NCBI GenBank assembly: GCA_944372435.1
Contig: CALVZD010000003.1
Coordinates: 1 to 48,925, forward strand
DNA length: 48,925 bases
Origin: an uncultured Clostridia bacterium
Lineage (GTDB): Bacteria; Bacillota; Clostridia; Christensenellales; UBA1242
Direction: 5' to 3'
Shown here: positions 1 to 10,010 of the stretch, one piece after another
How the letters are laid out: each line of letters starts with the position of its first letter
Position numbering within the stretch: position 1 is the first letter of the stretch
Notes under the pieces: model-generated
Told to the model about the DNA's origin: nothing
Database searches by the model: none
The model's input: only the letters and a program-made list of their open reading frames with translations
Program-made: the position numbers and the translations under genes

Positions 1-449
1 TACTTTTTACAAACGTATTATATAATGAAAAAATTAAAAAAGCAAGTAAAATCTAAATATTTTTGCAAATTTTTGTTGCTGTATATAAAAAACTGTTAAA
101 AAACTATTTAATAAATATTGACAAAGTGTTTAAAAATCATTTAATAAATATTTTATTTTCATATCTGCATCAGCAAAAGATAAAAAACAAATAATACAAA
201 TTGCTTATATGCAAAACATAAATTATAACGAGATTTAAACAAATTTACATAGTTTTAGGCAGTTCAAAATCAACTATGGTGGATAGTGTCATTTGATAAA
301 TTGGACATAGTTGTCAAGTAGCGTCAAGGAATTGACATTTTGACAGCAAAAGAAAAAACACTAGCAAAAATGCTAGTGTTTTAAAGGGTTTTAGTGGGCA
401 GAGCAAAATCCAATATTTGTGCTGAGCAAATTGGTAAGGCAGCACCAAG

Positions 450-712
450 CAAAAAAAGCCCGTCTGGGCTAATATTTTTTCTGGAGCTGCTGACGGAAAC
501 CTAACCCAAAAAATGCTTGGCATTTTTCGGGGCCCCGATCGGACCCGTGACCTCCGCGTTATGATGAGCTTTGTGATATTTGCAAGCTTGCTTGCAGAAG
601 AGCACAAAGCGAAATCACATCATTTTGTTATGATGAGTTTTGTGATATTTGTAAGCTTGCTTGCAGAAGAGCATAAAGCGAAATCACATCACTCTTTGAG
701 TGATACCAAGGC
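450..712 (-). pseudogene. Degenerate partial duplicate of tRNA-Thr(GGT) (3' half plus downstream flank) interrupted by two palindromic insertions
   Basis: 450-496 is identical to 737-783 (47 bp). tRNA sequence resumes at 538-557 (atcggacccgtgacctccgc) and again at 704-712 (taccaaggc). The D-arm and 5' half are absent. Confidence 0.8.
558..691. repeat. Two tandem copies (69-bp period) of an internally palindromic MITE/REP-like unit
   Basis: gttatgatgagctttgtg...cacaaagcgaaatcacatca at 558 and a near-identical copy at 627. Nested inverted repeats tgatg/catca, gctttgtg/cacaaagc and tgcaagc/gcttgca. Confidence 0.85.
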
Positions 713-768
713 TTGCCTTGGGAAGGCGGCCTCTTACAAAAAAAGCCCGTCTGGGCTAATATTTTTTC

Positions 769-844
769 TGGAGCTGCTGACGGGAATCGGACCCGTGACC
801 TCCGCCTTACCAAGGCGACGCTCTACCGACTGAGCCACAGCAGC
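769..844 (-). tRNA. tRNA-Thr(GGT)
   Basis: Reverse complement GCTGCTGTGGCTCAGTCGGTAGAGCGTCGCCTTGGTAAGGCGGAGGTCACGGGTCCGATTCCCGTCAGCAGCTCCA: 76 nt, cloverleaf, anticodon GGT, encoded CCA. Confidence 0.96.
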
Positions 845-877
845 ATAGTTTGAAACGACTTTCTCACCTGCCCTACT

Positions 878-906
878 ATATTAACAATTTTTTTTGTTTC
901 TGTCAA
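878..906 (-). promoter_or_regulatory. Sigma-A promoter for the tRNA
   Basis: TTGACA-17 nt-TAATAT on the minus strand, just upstream of the tRNA. Confidence 0.65.
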
Positions 907-987
907 TCTTTTGTGAGCATTTGCAAGCAAATTTTTATTTCTTCTTCAAAATATGTAACTAGCAGGCAAAATGCCCACTAGTTTTTG

Positions 988-1161
988 TTAAAAATCTAAT
1001 TTTTTGATGCGAAGTTTGAGAGCTTCGACTGTGCAGCTTGTTGCCTTCCCCGAACATTGGAATTGTAGAACGTCACCAGCATTCAGCTGAACCACGCCCT
1101 CATCGAAGACCGTTTGAGCTCTGCCTGCGTAATTTTCTCCTTTGGTGAATCTTTCACCATT
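988..1161 (-). pseudogene. Start-less 57-codon gene fragment (beta-sandwich/C1q-like tail)
   Basis: Open frame NGERFTKGENYAGRAQTVFDEGVVQLNAGDVLQFQCSGKATSCTVEALKLRIKKLDF* immediately preceded by TGA. Coding-like composition inside AT-rich intergenic DNA. Confidence 0.35.
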
Positions 1162-1297
1162 TCATGGTATGAAAATCCAGGCGAAATGTTCTTGCCGCCA
1201 GAAAAAATGTGCTTTATGTAACACTATTATTTATGAAAAAAAGATATGTTTTGCTCCGCACTGAAATTATCATAAAAAAATGGCTTTTAAAAAGCCA

Positions 1298-1864
1298 TTA
1301 TTTTAAAAGTTTAAGGCCGTCACGGAAGGCGTTGCCGACTCTGCCGGAAACTTTGTAGTAGCCGTGGGTGTAAGGGTCAAAGGCGATCGCTTGAAGCTTG
1401 TCGACATCCACCTTGCCATCCTTTAACACATCCTCTTCTGCCGAAACATTCACGACTTTGGCGATGACTCCGCAGCCATATTTATCCGACTGATATTCGA
1501 TGAATTCGCATTCGAGGCAGATAGGAAACTCGTTTATGATTGGTGCGTTGACAAGCTTTGATTTTTGCGCGCTCAAACGGCTCTTTTCAAATTTCTTGTC
1601 ATCGTCATTGGCTGACACAACCCCAAAAAAGTCCGCTTCAACAACATGTTTTGCGTCAGCGATGCTGACGGTGAAGCCTTTGTTGCGTTTGATGTTTTGC
1701 ACAGTTTTGTGAGATTCGGTCAAATTCAAGATCACATGGTCGCGCTCTAGCATAGTCCCCCATGCGGCGTTCATGACATCAACGCTGCCATCCTCGTTGT
1801 AAGTCGCAATCATCAGCACTGGCATTGGAAAGATCGCCTCAGTTGTTTTGATATTCTTTTTCAT
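1298..1864 (-). CDS. Flavin reductase family protein (flavoredoxin-like)
   Basis: FPMPVLMIATY..DG..DVMNAAWG, HKTVQNI, GFTVS and APIINEFPICLEC motifs of flavin reductase-like FMN-binding proteins. Confidence 0.9.
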   Translation of the reverse strand: MKKNIKTTEAIFPMPVLMIATYNEDGSVDVMNAAWGTMLERDHVILNLTESHKTVQNIKRNKGFTVSIADAKHVVEADFFGVVSANDDDKKFEKSRLSAQKSKLVNAPIINEFPICLECEFIEYQSDKYGCGVIAKVVNVSAEEDVLKDGKVDVDKLQAIAFDPYTHGYYKVSGRVGNAFRDGLKLLK

Positions 1865-1875
1865 ACAAACCCTTT

Positions 1876-2964
1876 TTAAGAAACAAATTCTACCACTTTC
1901 AAATTTTCATCTTCTGAAAAGCTTATTATTCCGTTCTCATCAGCGCCGCCTTGTATATCGAAACTGTGATACATACTCTCTGGCGTTTCCGTATATCCCG
2001 CATCGATTGAAAAGACATGGTCAGGTGTGTAATAAAACTCGAAAGTTTTTTGCCCATCTATCAAATCAGCCCATACAAAATCTTTCCATTGAACCGACGG
2101 ATACACGCTGCCCTGGATATAGGCATCGCTGTTTTCTTCGCTGAACCAAACTCGGAAGGAGCAGTCTTTCTGCTGCTCTGATATTCCGCTTAAATCAACG
2201 GTGAGCTGAACTTTGCGAAGATTTTCTGGCTCTGCCTCGCCATATCCAACAACTGTGACAGTTTTGGAAAGAACTCTGTCATAATCGTCGATGAAAACAA
2301 GTGTCGTTGTGCCTGGGTTGATGTTTGTCAGATCGACATTAAAATATGCTGTTGAAGCATACGTCACCGAGTCTGATTTGACTCCGATCAGGCTTTCGTT
2401 TGGAATGACCGACTCATTTGTTGAAAAGATTTCAACACCAGCCATATTTCCATTTTGATCTTTGTTGTTAAAATGCGATCTGCTGCCAAAGGTCACAGAA
2501 AATTTTTGCTGAGTATAGTAAAAGCCTTGCTGTGCCCCTTCCTCTGCCATTGCAATTTGCGACGGACTCAAAATCCACGCCATATCATATCTGGCGTTCA
2601 AAATTTCTGGCGCGTCTTTGTAGGTTGCCGTGACAGTGACATCTTCCTCAGGCATAGTGAAAGAGAAGGTGCCATCTTGATTTTTTACGCATTCGACGCC
2701 GTTTGCAAAAACTTTGTCGACAACAACGAAAGGCTCGGTTTCAGCCTCAACAACGACATTTTGTCCCGATAAAACCAAAACCGATGTCGAGCTCAAATCC
2801 ACCCACCTGTCGCCATTGACATACACATCTTGGCAGCTGACTATATGGCTTGTTGGCGGCGCAGGCGTCTCGTCGTCTCCGCAACCCGCCACCAAAAGAG
2901 CTGTTCCAGAAATCGCTATAACCCCTGCAAGAGCAAACAAGCCAGTTTTTAAACTTTTTTTCAT
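1876..2964 (-). CDS. Lipoprotein with InlB B-repeat/Flg_new-like and Ig-like domains
   Basis: Start at ATG 2964 after a GGGGAG RBS. Lipobox LVAGC, FTMPEEDVTVTATY motif, acidic beta-rich body. Confidence 0.75.
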   Translation of the reverse strand: MKKSLKTGLFALAGVIAISGTALLVAGCGDDETPAPPTSHIVSCQDVYVNGDRWVDLSSTSVLVLSGQNVVVEAETEPFVVVDKVFANGVECVKNQDGTFSFTMPEEDVTVTATYKDAPEILNARYDMAWILSPSQIAMAEEGAQQGFYYTQQKFSVTFGSRSHFNNKDQNGNMAGVEIFSTNESVIPNESLIGVKSDSVTYASTAYFNVDLTNINPGTTTLVFIDDYDRVLSKTVTVVGYGEAEPENLRKVQLTVDLSGISEQQKDCSFRVWFSEENSDAYIQGSVYPSVQWKDFVWADLIDGQKTFEFYYTPDHVFSIDAGYTETPESMYHSFDIQGGADENGIISFSEDENLKVVEFVS

Positions 2965-3129
2965 TTTCTCCCCCTTTTTCACAAGTATACCATAAAAATC
3001 TTTATTATCAAAACACTTAAGAAGATGTGTTTATGACAAAAACTCTGCATTTTTGTTCGGAAATGAAATTTTTCGCAACAGTTTTGTTGTTATGAGATTT
3101 TTTTTGTTTTAATAGTGTAATATTCAAGT

Positions 3130-3333
3130 ATGAAAGTGTTTGGCGAAAGATTAAAAGAACTCAGATTAGAATCAAAACTCACAACAAAAGCACTTGGCAA
3201 AAAGGTGGGCGTAAGCGACACCACGATTTGTCGTTGGGAGCTTAATCAATGCGAGGCTAAGGCTCCAGAAATTGTCAAGCTTGCACAGCTTTTTAAAGTT
3301 TCAACAGACTATCTGTTGGGTGTTGAAGATTAA
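3130..3333 (+). CDS. XRE-family helix-turn-helix transcriptional regulator
   Basis: FGERLKELR...LGKKVGVSDTTICRWE...LAQLFKVSTDYLLG, the typical HTH_3 pattern. Confidence 0.92.
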   Translation: MKVFGERLKELRLESKLTTKALGKKVGVSDTTICRWELNQCEAKAPEIVKLAQLFKVSTDYLLGVED

Positions 3334-3374
3334 GCAAATTTTTGTTAATCGCGCTGCCTGTTTGGCAGCTTTTT

Positions 3375-3728
3375 TTATGCCTGCCTTTTGAGCCAGGCTA
3401 GCAAAAGATTTGTTATCCACTCCTCTTCCTCGCAAGTTAAAATATGCAAGTTTTCGATCCTGTGCCATTTTTGCAAACAGCCTCTGCAACAGGTTGCCGT
3501 GGCGTGCTGGGCGACGAAAACCGGATGGCCTCTCATCGGAGTCTGCTTGCCGTCAACAAATTTTGATGGGTCTTTCAATTTTTTCGCAACAAAAGCTCGG
3601 CAATGCGCCTCGATCACATCCCAACCCTTTTGCTTTATGTGTTCCTTGTCTTTCTCTTTCAATTTGAATGAAGAACGAAATTTGGACCTCGCGAGTTTTT
3701 CAAATATCGACTCAAAATCTGTTTTCAT
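3375..3728 (-). CDS. DUF4186 family protein
   Basis: SKFRSSFKL, DGKQTPMRGHPVFVAQHATATCCRGCLQKWH signature. Confidence 0.9.
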   Translation of the reverse strand: MKTDFESIFEKLARSKFRSSFKLKEKDKEHIKQKGWDVIEAHCRAFVAKKLKDPSKFVDGKQTPMRGHPVFVAQHATATCCRGCLQKWHRIENLHILTCEEEEWITNLLLAWLKRQA

Positions 3729-3824
3729 GGTTTAATTATAAACGAAAAAAATAAAAAAAGAAAGAAAAACCTTTCTTTTTTTGTGAAGATATATTTTTAG
3801 TGCGCTGTGCAAAACACAATCTTT

Positions 3825-4658
3825 TTATCTTGCCAAGCCGTCCAGGTCGTCGCCGAAGTTTAGGTCTGGGTCGTTTTCGTCTAAGATCACAGGCGAGGTC
3901 GGTTTTTCTGTGAGAGCTTTCCATCTTGCGTTGTTTCGCATATTGCCATAGATCAAACTCCAAAGATCCTCGTCGCTATTTTTGGCTTTTAACCTTATTT
4001 TTTCATCGTTTTGCAGATTTTTGTCGACCACTCTTTCTTCCTGATCCAAAATCAAGTTTTTGCTGACAATCGATAGGTCAAAGTCGGTATATACATCGAA
4101 ATTGAGGTTGTAACACTTTATGTTTTTCGGCGCGCGCCTGCGAGAGAGGACAATGTTGCAAGTTTTTGGATCAACATAGCCATATTTTAAGCCAAAACAG
4201 CCAAAAAAGCAGGATAAGTCTATCTTTTTTTGCCCAGGCTCAAACTCTACCCTTTCGAGATTTGGATTGTCCGCAAAACAGAGCAGCCCAAAATCTTTGA
4301 CAGACGAAGGTATGTAAAGCTGCGCCAAAGTTTTTGTGCATTCAAAAGCAAAGTTGGAGATCTTTGTGACCTGTCTTGGGATAGCGTAGACAATATGCCT
4401 TGTTGCAGGAGGACAAGAAATGAGCGTTTTGCCGTCACTTGAAAAAAGCATATCATCTTTCACTGAAAAAGCTTTGTTCCCTTTGAGCACGAGATATTTG
4501 TTTACAAAGTCGAATTTTGCTCTTAATTTCGGAAGAACCGAAGGGTCGGCTGCATTCTTGTCGAGAATAAGATACTTTGACCTGTGAACAAATCTTCCGA
4601 GGTCGTCTTTTGCTTCTTGAAAAAGCAATGAATAAAACTCAGTTTTCCTTTTTTTCAT
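3825..4658 (-). CDS. BspA-type leucine-rich-repeat (LRR_5) protein without signal peptide
   Basis: MLFSSDGKTLISCP, IPRQVTKISNFAFEC and IPSSVKDFGLLCFAD repeats. AGGAGG RBS. Confidence 0.75.
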   Translation of the reverse strand: MKKRKTEFYSLLFQEAKDDLGRFVHRSKYLILDKNAADPSVLPKLRAKFDFVNKYLVLKGNKAFSVKDDMLFSSDGKTLISCPPATRHIVYAIPRQVTKISNFAFECTKTLAQLYIPSSVKDFGLLCFADNPNLERVEFEPGQKKIDLSCFFGCFGLKYGYVDPKTCNIVLSRRRAPKNIKCYNLNFDVYTDFDLSIVSKNLILDQEERVVDKNLQNDEKIRLKAKNSDEDLWSLIYGNMRNNARWKALTEKPTSPVILDENDPDLNFGDDLDGLAR

Positions 4659-4789
4659 GATTCTTCCTCCTTTTAAGATCCTTTTGCCCCCTTATTATAC
4701 AGTAAATGCCACCTTTTGTCAATACCCAAACTTTTGAACCCCTTTTCCAAGATGTTTATACGCGAAAAATTAAAAAAATCCTCTTTTTG

Positions 4790-4819
4790 CTTGACAAAAG
4801 TGTAATAATCGTGTATGCT
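4790..4819 (+). promoter_or_regulatory. Probable sigma-A promoter
   Basis: TTGACA-17 nt-TATGCT upstream of the 4851 gene, which has a GGGAGG RBS. Confidence 0.55.
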
Positions 4820-4850
4820 TTAAATAAGATAATAAAAGGGAGGATTTTTT

Positions 4851-5387
4851 ATGAAACAAAAAAGACCAGTTTTGCTGGCAGGACTTATCATCAGTTTGCT
4901 TCTGTATGTGGGTGAAACGATATTTTCGTTTGTGACAATGCTGGCAGCGATTCAAGCCTTTACCATGCAAACAGGCACCTCGATAACTGATGCATTTTCG
5001 GACACCATAGGCATTATATTAATTGGTGTGGGAGTGATTACAATTGTTTTCTCACTCTTGGGCTTGATATTTTCAGCAGTTTCAATCCCAAGATGCAGGC
5101 TTTCTGCCTCAGATTTCCAAGAGAAGAAAGGCTTGATTGTGACGGTGGTTGTTTTCAATTTTATTATAATAGCACTTGCGCTTATCTCTTTGATCTCTAA
5201 GTTGGAGGTTGCGTCGCTAATTCTTATGCTTGCATTCCTGGTGGCTTCAATACTTCTCATCGTTGACCTTTCAAAAAACAAAAAGCTGCTTGCTGCTGAA
5301 TATCAAACAAAACAGCTGCAAAACTTGGATGTTGATGTAAAAGCCGAAGAGCCAAAACAGACAACAGATTCTGGCGATCAAAACTAA
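4851..5387 (+). CDS. Hypothetical integral membrane protein (about 4 TM helices)
   Basis: Four long hydrophobic segments, RBS GGGAGG, followed by a terminator. Confidence 0.85.
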   Translation: MKQKRPVLLAGLIISLLLYVGETIFSFVTMLAAIQAFTMQTGTSITDAFSDTIGIILIGVGVITIVFSLLGLIFSAVSIPRCRLSASDFQEKKGLIVTVVVFNFIIIALALISLISKLEVASLILMLAFLVASILLIVDLSKNKKLLAAEYQTKQLQNLDVDVKAEEPKQTTDSGDQN

Positions 5388-5410
5388 GCTTCGCGCAAAA
5401 ATTTAAAAAC

Positions 5411-5438
5411 CAAAACCTCTTTTCGAAGAGGTTTTTTT
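5411..5438 (+). terminator. Intrinsic terminator
   Basis: aaaacctctt-ttcg-aagaggtttttt hairpin with U tract. Confidence 0.8.
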
Positions 5439-5568
5439 ATGTTTAACGCACTTTGCAAAAAAAACAAATAAATGCAAAATTTTGAGTGCAGGATTAAGAA
5501 ACTTAAAGAAAAAACAAATTTGTTTGACTTTTAAAATTTTTTTGTGGTATACTTTTTTTGAGGAAAGT

Positions 5569-6108
5569 ATGAAAATCTTAAACAAAGCCGACAGCTTAAA
5601 CCAAATCAAAAGGCTTGGGTTGAACACGGTGCCAGAAATCGTTGTGAGCCCAAATAGTCTTGAAAAAATTGACGAGTTTGTCAAAAAATACCCTGCCTCG
5701 CAATATGTTTTGCGCGACAACAGCACCGCGCTTGGCAAGTATTTTTATGCGACAAAGGACGAAATAAAAGAGCTTGCCAAAAGCTATACCTCCCCCTTTT
5801 CGCTTGCAGTTTCCTTTTATTCATACGGCGGCATAACCTTGATTGGAGACATCCTTGTCAGCGGCGACAGAGTTGAACTGACCGCCTCCACTGACAGCAA
5901 TGCCAACCATCGCAACGCAGACGAAATTTCGATTTACTCAAATCTTTATGACGACAAGCTTTGGATGATCCCTGGCTTTAACGACCTGATAAAATATATT
6001 GCAGACAAAAATTTGATGGATATAATCGTGGAATTTGTTGTGTTTGATCACAAAGTTGGCACAAAAAAGGAAAAGGTTTTGATAACCGAGCTTCGAACAG
6101 AATATTAA
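5569..6108 (+). CDS. Hypothetical protein, possible compact ATP-grasp (PPDK-N-like) fold
   Basis: ATG 5569 after a GAGG RBS and a TTGACT-17-TATACT promoter. NKADSL..IKRLGLNTVP, YVLRD and IVEF...VLITELRT resemble ATP-grasp motifs. Confidence 0.6.
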   Translation: MKILNKADSLNQIKRLGLNTVPEIVVSPNSLEKIDEFVKKYPASQYVLRDNSTALGKYFYATKDEIKELAKSYTSPFSLAVSFYSYGGITLIGDILVSGDRVELTASTDSNANHRNADEISIYSNLYDDKLWMIPGFNDLIKYIADKNLMDIIVEFVVFDHKVGTKKEKVLITELRTEY

Positions 6109-6441
6109 AAACCTAGAGCTGCCCGCTCTAGTTTTTTTAATTTCAAATAATAATAAGAAGAAGAAATGTTTGGAAAATGTTTTTGTGCATTTTTTAATTT
6201 TTCTATTTTGCAAAAGCTAATTTATTTAAAAAACTAAAAGCCAAAGTATTTTTGAACAGCACCCAATAAAGCAGACAGTTTAAAAAACGTCTGTGGCATT
6301 ATGAAACTAGCGCAGGAGGTTTTTTAAATATTGCTGGCAAAAAAATTTGCAAAAACGCTCAAACTTGGTGAATTTTTTTAATATTTTTTTATTTTTTTCT
6401 GAAATAAGTAAAAATTTTTATATAACTTTGTTTGAAAAAAT

Positions 6442-6469
6442 AAAAGCCAAAGCATTTAGCTTTGGCTTT
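6442..6469 (-). terminator. rpoC terminator
   Basis: aaagccaaagc-attta-gctttggcttt inverted repeat immediately after the rpoC stop. Confidence 0.8.
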
Positions 6470-6472
6470 GAT

Positions 6473-9400
6473 TTAAACTGCGCTGTCCTCTTTGACCACA
6501 ACAGGCATGACTTCACGATATTTTTTGAGTCCTGTGCCGGCTGGGATGAGTTTGCCGATGATGACATTTTCTTTGATGCCCAAAAGGTTATCCTGCTTGC
6601 CTTTGAGCGCTGCATCCGTGAGCACCCTTGAGGTCTCTTGGAAGGATGCGGCTGAAAGGAAGGACTCGGTTGAAAGAGCAGCTTTGGTGATACCAAGCAA
6701 TATTCTCTTTGCAGTTGCTGGAACTCCGCCCTCTGCAAGCACGCGATTGTTTTCGTCCTCGCATCTGTAAAGGTCGACAATCTCGCCTGGCAGCAGATTG
6801 GTGTCGCCAGAAGACTCGATCTTAACCTTTTTCAGCATTTGACGCACGATGATTTCAACGTGTTTGTCATTCACGCCAACACCTTGGCTTCGGTATGCTC
6901 CGATAACCTCAGAAAGCAGATAATCTTGCAAACCTTTAAGGCCGCGGAGCCTCAAAAGCTCGCTTGGATTGATTGGGCCCTGTGTGAGCTGGCTGCCCGG
7001 CTCAACACTGTCGCCGTTTTTAACGCTGAGAATTGCAGGTTTTTTGATTTCATATTCAGTGTCGCCGTCTTTGGATTGAACGGTGATGATATAGTATTTT
7101 GCGTCTTGCTTGATGTTGACCTTGCCGGCAACTTCACTCAGCACGCATTCACCTTTTGGCCTGCGGGCCTCGAAGATTTCCTCAACCCTTGGCAGACCTT
7201 GTGTGATATCCGCTGCGGAAGCTGATCCGCCTGAGTGGAAGGTTCTCATCGTAAGCTGTGTGCCCGGCTCACCGATTGACTGAGCAGCGATAACTCCGAC
7301 CGCCTCGCCAACTGTGACTTGCGCTTTGCCCGAAAGATCGCGGCCATAGCATTTTGCACAAACGCCATGACGGCATTTGCATGTGAGAAGCGTTCTGATC
7401 TGCACGCGTTTGATGCCTGCTTTTTCAATCTGAGCGGCCTGCTCTTTTGAGATCATCTCGTTGGATTTTACGATGACCTCGCCGGTTTTAGGATCAACGA
7501 CATCGTCAACTGCAACACGGCCATAAATTCTTTCAGCAAGCGTTTCTTGAATGTTGCCGCCTTGATAGAGGTCGCTCACCCACATACCCTTGATAGCTTC
7601 GCCATTGTCTGCAAAGCAGTCTTCGGTTGTAACGACAACATCCTGCGATATATCAACAAGCCTTCTCGTCAGATATCCAGAATCCGCCGTTTTGAGCGCC
7701 GTATCCATAAGACCCTTTCTGGCACCACGCGCTGAAAGGAAGTGCTCAACTGGCTGCAAGCCTTGGATAAAGTTGGATTTTACTGGAATGTCGATCTTTT
7801 GTCCAGAAGCTGCTGTTTTCAAGCCGACCATACCGCAAAGCGTTGCAAGGTGGTGGGCGTTTCCGCGCGCGCCTGAAATGATGATCGTTTTAAGTGGGTT
7901 GCCGTCTTTGAGAGAATCCAAGGTTTCTTTGTCGATTTTGTTTTGAACATCGTTCCAAATGTCAACGTTGGCGTCGACTTTTTCGTCGTTTGTGATAAGC
8001 CCGCGTTTGAAGAGTTTTTCGTTCTCCAAAACTTTGGCCTCAGCCTCAGTAACATATTTCTTTTTAGATTCTGGTTCGTGACCGTCAAAGGCGTTGATAG
8101 TGTTTGCCACGAGTGTGGAATATTTGTATCCAAGGTCTTTGATTGTGTCGATCAAAATCGAGCACTCGGTTGTTCCCAAATTGTTGTAAGCGAGTGCGAT
8201 GATGTTTTTAAGGTCATTTTTGGTGATGATCTTGTTGCATTCGAGCTCGCAGTAGTTTTCCTCTTTCGTTCTGTCAAGCAAGAGACCTTGTGGCATGCTT
8301 TGAGAGAAGATGATCCTGCCCACCGAGGTTGTCAGGCGTTTTGAATAGGTTTTGCCGTCGACAACTTTTGTGAAGCGCACCTGAATTTCAGCTTGAATGT
8401 CAAGAGCGCCTGTTTGATATGCCAAGATCGCCTCTTCCGGAGAAGCAAAAATGCTCTTTTCGCCCTTCATGCCTGGCAGAATTTGCGTCATTGAATAGCA
8501 GCCCAAAATCACGTCCTGTGTTGGCGTCACGATAGGCTCACCGTCTGCAAGTTTGAGGATGTTGTTGGAAGCAAGCATCAGCACTCTGGCCTCAGTTCTT
8601 GCATCGATTGAAAGTGGAACGTGCACTGGCATCTGGTCACCGTCGAAGTCGGCGTTGAATGCGGTGCAGACTGATGGGTGAAGCTTGATCGCCCTGCCCT
8701 CAACAAGCACTGGCTCGAAAGCCTGAACTGAAAGCCTGTGAAGGGTTGGCGCGCGGTTTAAAAGCACTGGATGCTCTTTGATAACCTCTGCAAGGATATC
8801 CCAAACGATTGGTTTCTCGCGCTCGATCATGCGTTTTGCGCTTTTGATGTTGTTGGATTTGTTGAGTTCGATGAGTCTGTTTATGATAAATGGTTTGAAA
8901 AGTTCAAGTGCCATCTCTTTTGGCAGACCGCATTGATACATTTTGAGCTCTGGTCCAACGACGATAACCGAACGGCCGGAATAGTCAACACGCTTTCCGA
9001 GCAGGTTTTGTCTGAAACGACCCTGCTTTCCGCTGAGCATAGCGGTGAGCGATTTGAGGTCGCGTTGTTTTGAGCCCTGAACTGCACGACCGCGTTTGCC
9101 GTTGTCGATGAGGTTGTCAACAGCCTCTTGCAGCATACGCTTTTCGTTGCGGATGATGACCTCTGGTGCACCGAGCTCCATGAGTTTTTTCAAACGGTTG
9201 TTTCGGTTGATAACTCTGCGATAGAGATCGTTGAGGTCTGATGAGGCGTATCTGCCGCCATCGAGTGGAACCATAGGTCGAAGATCTGGTGGAAGCACTG
9301 GGAGCACATCAAGCACCATCCAAGTTGGGTTGTTGCCGCTCTTTAAGAAGGATTCGACAACTTCCAGCTTTTTGATAGCCTTGATTCTGCGCTGACCTTT

Positions 9401-9997
9401 CATGGTTGGCAGAGCTTTTTTGAGCTCCTTGCTCTCCTTTTCAAGGTCGACTTGTGAGAGCAGTTTTTTGATAGCCTCAGCGCCCATCAAAGCTTCAAAA
9501 GAGCCGTAGCCGAACTTTTCGATAGCCTCGCGATACTCTTTGTCAGTGATGACTTGTTTGTATACAAAGTCGGTATCCTTTGGATCGATGACGATATAGT
9601 TGACATAGTAAACGATCTGTTCGAGCACTTTTGGAGTGAGGTCGAGCAGCGTGCCTATCCTTGATGGAACCGAACGGAAATACCAAATGTGAGTCACAGG
9701 AGCGGCAAGCTCGATGTGCCCCATTCTTTCACGCCTAACCTTTGCTCTGGTCACCTCAACGCCGCACTTGTCGCAAACGACACCGCGATATCTGATGCGT
9801 TTGTATTTGCCGCAGTGGCACTCCCAGTCCTTTCTCGGTCCAAAAATCTTTTCGCAAAAAAGGCCGTCCTTTTCAGGCTTTTGAGTGCGATAGTTGATGG
9901 TTTCTGGCCTTGTCACCTCACCGTGAGACCACTCGCGGATCTTTTCTGGTGAAGCGATTCCAATTTTTATGGAATCAAAGTTGTTAAGTTCAAACAT
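6473..9997 (-). CDS. rpoC: DNA-directed RNA polymerase subunit beta'
   Basis: NADFDGD catalytic motif, Zn-finger [43 protein letters not shown]. Start set at ATG 9997 after an AAGGAG RBS. Confidence 0.99.
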   Translation of the reverse strand: MFELNNFDSIKIGIASPEKIREWSHGEVTRPETINYRTQKPEKDGLFCEKIFGPRKDWECHCGKYKRIRYRGVVCDKCGVEVTRAKVRRERMGHIELAAPVTHIWYFRSVPSRIGTLLDLTPKVLEQIVYYVNYIVIDPKDTDFVYKQVITDKEYREAIEKFGYGSFEALMGAEAIKKLLSQVDLEKESKELKKALPTMKGQRRIKAIKKLEVVESFLKSGNNPTWMVLDVLPVLPPDLRPMVPLDGGRYASSDLNDLYRRVINRNNRLKKLMELGAPEVIIRNEKRMLQEAVDNLIDNGKRGRAVQGSKQRDLKSLTAMLSGKQGRFRQNLLGKRVDYSGRSVIVVGPELKMYQCGLPKEMALELFKPFIINRLIELNKSNNIKSAKRMIEREKPIVWDILAEVIKEHPVLLNRAPTLHRLSVQAFEPVLVEGRAIKLHPSVCTAFNADFDGDQMPVHVPLSIDARTEARVLMLASNNILKLADGEPIVTPTQDVILGCYSMTQILPGMKGEKSIFASPEEAILAYQTGALDIQAEIQVRFTKVVDGKTYSKRLTTSVGRIIFSQSMPQGLLLDRTKEENYCELECNKIITKNDLKNIIALAYNNLGTTECSILIDTIKDLGYKYSTLVANTINAFDGHEPESKKKYVTEAEAKVLENEKLFKRGLITNDEKVDANVDIWNDVQNKIDKETLDSLKDGNPLKTIIISGARGNAHHLATLCGMVGLKTAASGQKIDIPVKSNFIQGLQPVEHFLSARGARKGLMDTALKTADSGYLTRRLVDISQDVVVTTEDCFADNGEAIKGMWVSDLYQGGNIQETLAERIYGRVAVDDVVDPKTGEVIVKSNEMISKEQAAQIEKAGIKRVQIRTLLTCKCRHGVCAKCYGRDLSGKAQVTVGEAVGVIAAQSIGEPGTQLTMRTFHSGGSASAADITQGLPRVEEIFEARRPKGECVLSEVAGKVNIKQDAKYYIITVQSKDGDTEYEIKKPAILSVKNGDSVEPGSQLTQGPINPSELLRLRGLKGLQDYLLSEVIGAYRSQGVGVNDKHVEIIVRQMLKKVKIESSGDTNLLPGEIVDLYRCEDENNRVLAEGGVPATAKRILLGITKAALSTESFLSAASFQETSRVLTDAALKGKQDNLLGIKENVIIGKLIPAGTGLKKYREVMPVVVKEDSAV

Positions 9998-10010
9998 AAC
10001 TTTCTCCTTG

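Noticed and set aside
558-691. CRISPR array
   Set aside because: Only two ~69-bp tandem units with no unique spacer, and no cas genes.
314-833. ORFs 314-607, 513-833 and 628-813 as genes
   Set aside because: They are read-throughs of the tRNA, its duplicate and the palindromic repeats.
450-844. Prophage/ICE attL-attR or a functional intron-containing tRNA
   Set aside because: The direct repeats are only 287 bp apart with no integrase between them. The interrupted copy lacks the 5' half, so it cannot yield a tRNA.
3130-3728. Prophage remnant or toxin-antitoxin pair around the XRE gene
   Set aside because: XRE and DUF4186 are convergent with a terminator-like hairpin between them, and there are no phage or toxin genes nearby.
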